This document shows, one piece after another, positions 56,859-64,000 of a DNA stretch of 64,000 nt. Positions within the stretch are counted from its first letter, which is position 1. Every line of letters begins with the position of its first letter. The notes beneath the pieces were generated by a model, which saw only the letters and a program-made list of their open reading frames with translations, did no database searches and was not told the origin of the DNA. Position numbers and translations under genes: made by a program. Source of the DNA: Planctomycetaceae bacterium (lineage in GTDB: Bacteria; Planctomycetota; Planctomycetia; Planctomycetales; Planctomycetaceae); assembly GCA_036008465.1 (NCBI GenBank), contig DASYNP010000081.1, positions 2,178 to 66,177 on the forward strand, written 5' to 3'.

Positions 56859-59800
56859 ATGGGGCGACTGTCAGGAATCGACCACGTGGACCGCGTCACG
56901 CCAAGCATCGACGAGATCTACTTCTCCGCACTCGAGAAACCGACGAGCGGAGAAAGGTGTGCCTACCTCGATCGGGCTTGCGCAGGCGACGAAGACCTGC
57001 GTCGGCGTGTCGAAAGACTGATCTGCGCCGAGTCGAAGGTTGGCGATTTTCTAGAATCTCCGGCGCCGGAAATTGCCGAGGCGTTCGTTCCATCCCCGGC
57101 CGAATGCCCAGGGACCGTGATCGGCCCCTACACACTGCGCGAGCAGATCGGCGAAGGGGGATTTGGCATCGTTTATATCGCCGATCAGGAGGCTCCGGTT
57201 CGTCGGCAAGTGGCGCTCAAGATCGTGCGGCCCGGCATGGATACGCGACAGATCCTGGCGCGATTCAAGGCCGAGCTCGAGGCCTTGTCGTTGATGGATC
57301 ACCCAAACATCGCCCGGGTCCTCGACGCTGGGCCGACCGATGCCGGTCGACCGTACTTCGTGATGGAACTCGTCCGCGGCGTTCCCATCACTGACTATTG
57401 CGACCAGAACCATCTCTCCGTGCACGCCCGGCTGGACCTGTTTGTCCAGGTCTGCCACGCGGTGCAGCACGCGCACCAGAAGGGAATCATTCACCGGGAC
57501 ATCAAACCCTCCAACGTCCTGGTGACACAGCACGACGGACGACCAATGCCGAAGGTCATCGACTTCGGGGTCGCCAAGGCGATTGATCGGCCGTTGACGC
57601 AGGGAACCCTTTTCACACGGTTCGAGCTGATCGGCACGCCGCTCTACATGAGCCCCGAGCAGGCGGACCTGTCTGGCCGCGACATCGACACGCGCAGCGA
57701 CATTTATTCGCTGGGCGTGCTTTTGTATGAGCTGCTCACCGGCATCACGCCCTTTGACCCCAATCGTTTGCATGAGGCGGCGTTCGACGAAGTCCGCCGG
57801 ATCATCCAGGAAGAAGAACCGCCCAAACCGAGCACGCGCATCAGGACGATGGGCCGGACCGCCCGGGAGGTCGCGGCCCGCCGACATGCCGATCCAACTC
57901 GTCTGACGCAGATCGTGCGTGGCGACCTCGACTGGATCGTGATGAAGGCGTTGGAAAAGGATCGCGCGCGGCGCTTTGAGACGGCCAACAGCCTGGCGCT
58001 CGACGTCGAGCGCTATTTGGCCAGCGAGCCGGTGCAAGCCTCGCCGCCGTCGGCAGGCTACAGACTGCGGAAGTTCGTCAGGCGGAACAGAGGGCTGGTG
58101 CTGGCGGCTTCGGCCGTCTTGGTTGTGCTCGTCGTCGGCATCATCGGAACCACGTGGGGGATGGTCCGCGCCACGGAGGCCGAAGTCGAAGCCAAGCGTG
58201 CCGCCGATCTGAAGCAGATTGCCCTGACGGAGAAAGTTGCTGCATTGGGTCTGGCCCAACAGAGCGAGCGGACGAGATCGGAGCAGCTTTGGCAGGCTCT
58301 CGTCGCCCAGGCCCGCGCGCATCGTTTGAGCCGTCGCCCCGGTCAACGCTTTGAAAGCCTCGAAATTCTGCGGGAGGCCACGCAACTGGCCCGGAGATTG
58401 AATTTGTCCGAGGCCAGTTTCCAGGAGCTGCGAAACGCCGCGACCGCTGCGCTGGCCGTGCCGGATCTTTATATGACTAAGCCCTGGCACCCATGGCCGG
58501 CGGATGCGATAGCGGTCGACTTCGATGAGGCGCAGACCATCTATTCCCGCACCTATCGTGACGGCAGCTGCAGCATCCGTCGCGTCGCCGACGATGTCGA
58601 GATCTGCCGGCTACCGGCATTGAGCTGGCCGGCACTGCCCTGCTTGAGTCCCGACGGCAAATTCATCGCCATCATCCAATTCAATCGGAGTCTCAGTACA
58701 AGAATCGCGATCCATGTGTGGCAGTTGGACGGCCCGACACCACGCCAGATTTTGTCGGAACCAAAAGCGTGCTGGGCGGATTTCCGAGGTTCGCAACAAG
58801 TCGCACTCGCGTACAACGACGGCTCGATCAGGCTCTACGCGCTTCCAACTGCCCGTGAACTCGGCCGGTTGGCGCCAGACACCATTACCAACCGAATCGG
58901 GATCGCCCTGCACCCGACGGAACCGGTCGTGGCGGCGAATTCTTACTCCGAGCAGGTGCTCCAACTTCGCGATATTCGGACCGGCAAAGTGCTCAAATCC
59001 ACACTGCTAACCGACCGCGCTGTTGGAATGGCCTGGCATCCCGACGGCCGAACCCTGGCGGTCGGCTCGAACCTGCATGAAATTCGCCTCTACGATCGAA
59101 GTACGTGGCATGTCTATCGAACGCTGCAAGCCGAGTCGTATCCAGCGCGGATGGGCTTTGACCCTGTTGGCGACCGACTCGCCGCCATCGACTATGTTGG
59201 GAATGTGGAATTGTTCCATGTGTCCACGGGCGAAAAATTAATGAGAGCCCCGGCAACACTGAGTACGTGCCACTTCAGTCGTGATGGCCTTCGATTGGCG
59301 GGCGGTGTTCAAGATGGGAAGCTCGGAACCTGGTGCGTCGCCGGTGGGCAGGAATTCCGCGCATTGCTCCGCAGCAAACCGCTGCCCAAGAGTGGCACAT
59401 ATCGCGGCGCAGCAGTGCATCCGAATGGCCGCTTATTCGCCTGTTCTAGCGCGGACCGCTTCGGGATCTGGGATCTCGACACCGGAGCCGAACTGGGCTT
59501 TATCCCCAGCGAATGGGGAAACAACTTCGTTCTCTTTGAACCGTCTGGATCGCTCTTGACGCTGTCCTATGGCGGACTGTCACGGTGGCCCATCCGGTGT
59601 GGGCTGAATGCGACGGGCGAATTGACGATCGGCCCACCCGAGTCATTACCCCTGCACAATGGCGAGGGCCTCGATCAGAGCCGTGACGGCCGCGTCACCG
59701 TGACCTGCGATCGGGCCGTGTCGACCCAACGGCCCTATGCAGGTGGATGGATCCTCCGCGGCGACCGATTGACCCAACCCATTCACCTCGACCCCGGCGC

Positions 59801-60494
59801 GGACGTCGGTCAGATTGCCGTCAGTCCCGACGGCCGCTGGGTCGCTACATCCACGCACGTGATTGGATTAGCCAAGATTTGGGACGCTCGCGACGGACGA
59901 CTAGTCAAGCAATTGGCTGAGTGGGGCGCCAATCTCCCTCGCTTCAGCCCCGACGGACGCTGGCTGTCCACAACTCTTGACGGCGGCCGGCTGTTTGCCG
60001 TCGAGAGCTGGAAACCGGGGCCGCGCCTCGGCGGACGCGCCGTGATGTCATCGGACAGCAAGCTTGCGGCGATCGCCACGGCGGGCGGCCTTCGTCTGTT
60101 GAAATCCGCGACGGGCCGGGAAATTGCCGTGCTGGAGGAACCCGACCTCGTTTCGATTGATCAGGCTCTCTTCACGCCGGATGGCACGAAGTTGATTACG
60201 TTGAACAACTTAAAAGGGATTCATGTTTGGGATTTGCGACTCGTGCGCCGCGAGTTGAAGGAGCTCGGCCTCGACTGGGACTGGCCCGAGTTTCCGTCGG
60301 CGCCCGCCAGGCGCGGCAGCGTGGAGCCGTTGAGAGTGCAGATCCGCCTCGGCGATGCGTGGGTGGCCGGGCCCCCGCCCGAGTCCTCGGTCATGCCTGT
60401 GCAGAAGCCCTCGGACGAGACGCAGGCCAAACCCAAAAAGGCCGATCCTCCCGTCACCCCTCACGTCCAACCGCACCCCACCTCCCGTTCTTGA
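56859..60494 (+). CDS. Ser/Thr protein kinase with a transmembrane helix and C-terminal WD40/beta-propeller repeats
   Basis: HRDIKPSNVLV, DFGVAK, GTPLYMSPEQ. TM helix LVLAASAVLVVLVVGIIGTTWG. Repeated ...DG..LA... WD-like units over about 650 aa. Confidence 0.9.
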   Translation: MGRLSGIDHVDRVTPSIDEIYFSALEKPTSGERCAYLDRACAGDEDLRRRVERLICAESKVGDFLESPAPEIAEAFVPSPAECPGTVIGPYTLREQIGEGGFGIVYIADQEAPVRRQVALKIVRPGMDTRQILARFKAELEALSLMDHPNIARVLDAGPTDAGRPYFVMELVRGVPITDYCDQNHLSVHARLDLFVQVCHAVQHAHQKGIIHRDIKPSNVLVTQHDGRPMPKVIDFGVAKAIDRPLTQGTLFTRFELIGTPLYMSPEQADLSGRDIDTRSDIYSLGVLLYELLTGITPFDPNRLHEAAFDEVRRIIQEEEPPKPSTRIRTMGRTAREVAARRHADPTRLTQIVRGDLDWIVMKALEKDRARRFETANSLALDVERYLASEPVQASPPSAGYRLRKFVRRNRGLVLAASAVLVVLVVGIIGTTWGMVRATEAEVEAKRAADLKQIALTEKVAALGLAQQSERTRSEQLWQALVAQARAHRLSRRPGQRFESLEILREATQLARRLNLSEASFQELRNAATAALAVPDLYMTKPWHPWPADAIAVDFDEAQTIYSRTYRDGSCSIRRVADDVEICRLPALSWPALPCLSPDGKFIAIIQFNRSLSTRIAIHVWQLDGPTPRQILSEPKACWADFRGSQQVALAYNDGSIRLYALPTARELGRLAPDTITNRIGIALHPTEPVVAANSYSEQVLQLRDIRTGKVLKSTLLTDRAVGMAWHPDGRTLAVGSNLHEIRLYDRSTWHVYRTLQAESYPARMGFDPVGDRLAAIDYVGNVELFHVSTGEKLMRAPATLSTCHFSRDGLRLAGGVQDGKLGTWCVAGGQEFRALLRSKPLPKSGTYRGAAVHPNGRLFACSSADRFGIWDLDTGAELGFIPSEWGNNFVLFEPSGSLLTLSYGGLSRWPIRCGLNATGELTIGPPESLPLHNGEGLDQSRDGRVTVTCDRAVSTQRPYAGGWILRGDRLTQPIHLDPGADVGQIAVSPDGRWVATSTHVIGLAKIWDARDGRLVKQLAEWGANLPRFSPDGRWLSTTLDGGRLFAVESWKPGPRLGGRAVMSSDSKLAAIATAGGLRLLKSATGREIAVLEEPDLVSIDQALFTPDGTKLITLNNLKGIHVWDLRLVRRELKELGLDWDWPEFPSAPARRGSVEPLRVQIRLGDAWVAGPPPESSVMPVQKPSDETQAKPKKADPPVTPHVQPHPTSRS

Positions 60495-60755
60495 ACGCTG
60501 CTTCCCGCCCACGTCGCTCGGTCTAACTGGTGGAGCGCGTTGAGCTTCGACCCTAGCGTTCCTTTCCTCTGCGGGGACGACGCTCACAAATTTCGCAAAG
60601 TTCATGTCTGGGGACGAGGCAAACGCGCTTTGAAAATCGCCACTACGTGTAGGGGACACAGGTGCGCGATTGTGATTCTGCCGCAAGGGTGGGGGCCGCT
60701 CGAGCTCACCGCTGGTTGAACTTCTCACGCTAGTGCGATCAAGGAAAGGGATCTC

Positions 60756-61619
60756 ATGCTCACGACACAATGGCGGCAACGGCTGGGGCGGTTCACCACA
60801 GGTCGAGCCGCGAGTGGGCGACGACGCAGAGCGCGGCGGCAACCCTTCTCCTTCAATGCTCCGGCCGAAGTTCTGGAAGGCCGGCAGTTGCTGACGGGGG
60901 GAGTTGCTCTGGGCACCCCGTATCTGGCTTGGGTTACGCAGCCCATCAATGCCATCGCCGGCCACGGTCTAAGCTCGTTCACCGTCGACGTGATGATCAA
61001 CAGGAAGGTCGAAAATACCACCATCAGCGTGATCGACACGGCCTATAACGGCGTCTACCTTTTCACGGCAAACGGACCCGGCGTGCTCGATTCGCCCTCC
61101 AACTCGCCGAGCTTGCCGCCGAACGTCCCAGTCATTTCTTCCGTCTTCATCAGTAACGGTGTTGGCAAATATCTTGCCAAGTTCGACTTAGCAGCCATTG
61201 ATGCAGCGGGTACCTACACGCTGACAGCCACGGCCCCGGCGATCCCGCAGGAAGGCGTTCCGGGTGTCCCCGGCAGCGCCGTTTCCGCAAAGTTCACCGT
61301 CACGCCTGACACGGCGACCGACCATCTCGTGTTCGCCCCGGCGTTCGCGTTCGCCGGCTTTCCGACCAGCCTCTCGGTGTCGGTTGAAGACCAGTTCGGC
61401 AATGTCGACACGAACGTCTCGAATGTGCAACTGAACTTGGTTGCGATCCCAGGCACCACATCCACGGCGACGTTGGTCAACGGTCAGGCCACGTTCAACA
61501 ACGTGATCTTCACGAGCGCGGGGCAAGACGCCGCGGTCGCCATCGGCTTCGGCGGCCCGAATGGCGTCCTGGTGGGCGCCGAGATCGTGCCGGTCGTGGC
61601 GCTCACGAACGGCCGCTGA
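60756..61619 (+). CDS. Secreted hypothetical protein with an N-terminal basic stretch plus an AEVLEGRQLLT signature
   Basis: AAGGAAAGGG upstream of the ATG. Paralogous to 61763-62590 (shared VEDQFGNVDT / AEDEFGNVDT and NGQATFNNVIF / NGEATFNDALF). Confidence 0.6.
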   Translation: MLTTQWRQRLGRFTTGRAASGRRRRARRQPFSFNAPAEVLEGRQLLTGGVALGTPYLAWVTQPINAIAGHGLSSFTVDVMINRKVENTTISVIDTAYNGVYLFTANGPGVLDSPSNSPSLPPNVPVISSVFISNGVGKYLAKFDLAAIDAAGTYTLTATAPAIPQEGVPGVPGSAVSAKFTVTPDTATDHLVFAPAFAFAGFPTSLSVSVEDQFGNVDTNVSNVQLNLVAIPGTTSTATLVNGQATFNNVIFTSAGQDAAVAIGFGGPNGVLVGAEIVPVVALTNGR

Positions 61620-61762
61620 GGCCGCTGCGAGCCGTTTGTGAAGACTGAAAAAATTGGCGAACGCGCGATGCAAACGACTCTCGAAACTCGCCACTGTAAT
61701 TGGACGAATTTCCGCTCAGCAACCGGCTCAGCCCGAGTTCGCCTCACAAGGAGAGCAAATCC

Positions 61763-62590
61763 ATGCTCACTCCCAAAATGCCCCAAAGGCTCAAGTCCAT
61801 TCTGACCAATCGATCGAACAGGGCGCGTCGCAGGACCATCCGCCGACAAGCGCCCTTGTTCGAGAGCCCGGCGGAGATCCTCGAAGGCCGCGAGCTTTTG
61901 ACGGCGAACTCCGTTTTCCTCGTCTTTTCAACTCAGCCTGCCAACATTATCGCCGGTCACGACCTGAAGTTCAGGGTGACGGCCATGGAAACAGTCACGT
62001 CGGACGGCCGGACTGTCACCCAGGTGGATACGTCCTTTACCGGTACCTGTTCGATCGTCGCCGTCGGGCCGGGGACGTTCGACACACCGATTGACACAAC
62101 TTCGCCTCACGGTCCCAACGTTCCGTTTCCCGCCGTGATGCAGCCCTTCGTCAACGGCGTCGCCTCCAATCATGCCAGGCTGACTTCGATCGACGCGGCC
62201 GGCAATTACCAACTTCACGCCGTCGCCATTGTCACGCCGCCGAACATGACGGCGGCGGCAGTCATGTCCAACACGTTTATCGTCTCGCCGTTTTCGGCGA
62301 CCGATCGACTCGTCTTCCTCCATGCGCCGACAACGGCCGCGGTCGACCGGCCATTCAGCGTGACCGTGGCGGCCGAAGACGAGTTCGGCAACGTCGACAC
62401 GGGTGTTACTCACGTGCCGGTCGAGCTAATCGCGATTCCCGGTAACGCCTCCCAGGCGCAAATGACGAACGGCGAGGCGACATTCAACGATGCGCTTTTC
62501 GTGGCAGCGGGCCCAGACACGCTTTTGGCCATCAGCGGCCATCTCGTCGGCACCGATCTTGTCGAGACCTTTGGGGCAAATGGCGGCTGA
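61763..62590 (+). CDS. Secreted hypothetical protein, paralog, with an AEILEGRELLT signature
   Basis: AAGGAGAG upstream of ATG 61763. See the previous feature. Confidence 0.6.
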   Translation: MLTPKMPQRLKSILTNRSNRARRRTIRRQAPLFESPAEILEGRELLTANSVFLVFSTQPANIIAGHDLKFRVTAMETVTSDGRTVTQVDTSFTGTCSIVAVGPGTFDTPIDTTSPHGPNVPFPAVMQPFVNGVASNHARLTSIDAAGNYQLHAVAIVTPPNMTAAAVMSNTFIVSPFSATDRLVFLHAPTTAAVDRPFSVTVAAEDEFGNVDTGVTHVPVELIAIPGNASQAQMTNGEATFNDALFVAAGPDTLLAISGHLVGTDLVETFGANGG

Positions 62591-62622
62591 GCGACCAAGC
62601 ATTTTTGTAGCGGGGTGACGCC

Positions 62623-64000
62623 ATGCTGAATCGACTGAAACGAAAGACAGGTTGCGTTCGGCGGAGGCAACTAAGCCATTCCTGGGGGCCTGCGGTCGAG
62701 GAGCTCGAGGATCGTCGACTCCTTTCGGGTAGCCCGTCGCCGACGGCGCTGACTCCCGTGGAGGTTCGCAGTTACTACGGATTCGACAAGATCAAGTTCA
62801 CTTACTGGACGGTGCTTCACACGGAATTTGGGCCAATCATTGACCGCGTCACGTCTCCCGGTGATGGGACCGGGCAGACGATTGCGATCATCGATAAGTA
62901 CTACGATCCCAATATTCAAAGTGATGTGAATGTCTTCGACAACCAATTCAATCTTCCGGCCATCAATCTCGTCGTCGACAAGCTTTCCTCGGCCACGGCA
63001 ACCGACCCCACGGGTAACTGGGAGAACGAAGAATCGATCGATGTCGAATGGGCGCACGCCATCGCGCCGGCGGCGAGCATCGTCGTCATCAATTGCGGCA
63101 CGACGGTGGCGGACTTCCAAAACGCCGTCACTGTCGCAGCGAATTACCCGAGCGTATCGGTCGTGTCGATGAGTTTGGGCGGTACCGAGTCTCAGGGGGA
63201 GTTGGCAAACGATAGCTATTTCACGAACCCGACCAATCATGACGGCATCAACGTGAGCTTTGTCGCCTCGTCGGGGGACGACAAGTCCGGGCAGGGGCCG
63301 GGCCCACTGTATCCTTCGGTGTCGCCCAACGTCCTGGCGGTCGGTGGAACGGTCCTCACGCTGTCGTCAAATGGCAATTCGGAAGTTTCCTGGCTGAACA
63401 GCGAAGGGGGCCAGAGCGCCTACGAGTCCGAACCTCTTTATCAGGAATTTGTGCAGCAGACTGGGTTCCGAACGACGCCCGACGTGTCCTATGCGGCCAC
63501 CAATTTTGCCGCCTACGATTCGTTTCCTCTCACGAACAACGGCCAGTCGACGGTGCTCGATTGGCATACACCCCAGGGGGACAGTCTGGGAGCGCCGCAA
63601 TGGGCGGCTTTGATCGCGATCGCCAACCAGGGCCGCACGCTCGAGGGCGAACCGACGCTCTCCAATGTGCCATCGGAGCTCTACAGCCTGCCGGCGAGCG
63701 ATTTCAATGACATCGCCAGCGGTCCCGCGAACCGCGAGGGTTATTCACCCAGCCTGGGCTACGACGAAATCACGGGACTTGGCACCCCGAAAGCCAACAA
63801 ACTCGTTCCGGATCTCGTGAACCAGCCATTTGTTCTTCCGCCGTGGATTCTGCACTATCTGCAACTTTTGGACAGTTTCGGCGGGGACTTCAACGACTTC
63901 AATCTGACCCCACAAGCCCAGGGTCTTTTGCAGGGGAGCCTGCCGTCATCAGCTCTGGACGGCAACTTGAGTCAGCTCGCCGGTCTCAATTTCGGATCCC
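62623..64000 (+). CDS. S53 (sedolisin/kumamolisin-like) serine peptidase with an ELEDRRLLS N-terminal signature; 3' end outside the window
   Basis: Translated by hand because it is not in the ORF track (no stop before the window end). LTPVEVRSYYGF, GQTIAIID, EESIDVEWAHAIAPAASI, SSGDD, GDSLGAPQWAALIAIA resemble S53 catalytic-region patterns. Confidence 0.7.
   Translation, partial: MLNRLKRKTGCVRRRQLSHSWGPAVEELEDRRLLSGSPSPTALTPVEVRSYYGFDKIKFTYWTVLHTEFGPIIDRVTSPGDGTGQTIAIIDKYYDPNIQSDVNVFDNQFNLPAINLVVDKLSSATATDPTGNWENEESIDVEWAHAIAPAASIVVINCGTTVADFQNAVTVAANYPSVSVVSMSLGGTESQGELANDSYFTNPTNHDGINVSFVASSGDDKSGQGPGPLYPSVSPNVLAVGGTVLTLSSNGNSEVSWLNSEGGQSAYESEPLYQEFVQQTGFRTTPDVSYAATNFAAYDSFPLTNNGQSTVLDWHTPQGDSLGAPQWAALIAIANQGRTLEGEPTLSNVPSELYSLPASDFNDIASGPANREGYSPSLGYDEITGLGTPKANKLVPDLVNQPFVLPPWILHYLQLLDSFGGDFNDFNLTPQAQGLLQGSLPSSALDGNLSQLAGLNFGS

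Noticed and set aside
57051-58490. 479-aa minus-strand ORF
   Set aside because: It is antisense to the kinase domain of the Ser/Thr kinase gene and is a shadow ORF.

Overview
GC-rich bacterial chromosomal segment whose gene content points to Planctomycetota (Pirellulales-like). The lineage markers are two DUF1559 proteins with prepilin-type leaders, an ECF43-type sigma factor beside a 1211-aa Ser/Thr kinase-WD40 protein, and secreted proteins with the LE(D/G)RxLL N-terminal signature. I support about 50 protein-coding genes and two tRNAs (Glu-UUC, Val-UAC). I found no rRNA, CRISPR array, transposase, integrase or phage genes. The housekeeping backbone is lysS, leuS, lolC/E-lolD-like, rsmD, HU, csrA, mug, nfo, nusB-ribH, rho, coaE and a DinG-like helicase. 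Several gene pairs are translationally coupled through ATGA/GTGA overlaps. No single recognisable novel system stands out, so I report ranked candidates. (1) The longest gene-free stretch (55050-56240) is packed with hairpins and GGGACGGGAC decamers with G-quadruplex potential, upstream of the ECF43 sigma / kinase / secreted-protein locus. The same decamer recurs at the left window edge. (2) A coupled phosphohexomutase / truncated MIPS-like / UbiA prenyltransferase operon sits behind an orphan intrinsic terminator in its leader. (3) Two tandem paralogous dynamin-like membrane GTPases. (4) A mug cassette is bracketed by 65-bp direct repeats that duplicate the 3' end of the neighbouring molybdoenzyme gene. 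(5) An in-frame 24-bp tandem repeat, each copy with its own stop codon, follows a small ORF. (6) A tandemly duplicated DUF1559 + lipoprotein module. All functional calls rest on motif recognition by eye; no database search was possible.
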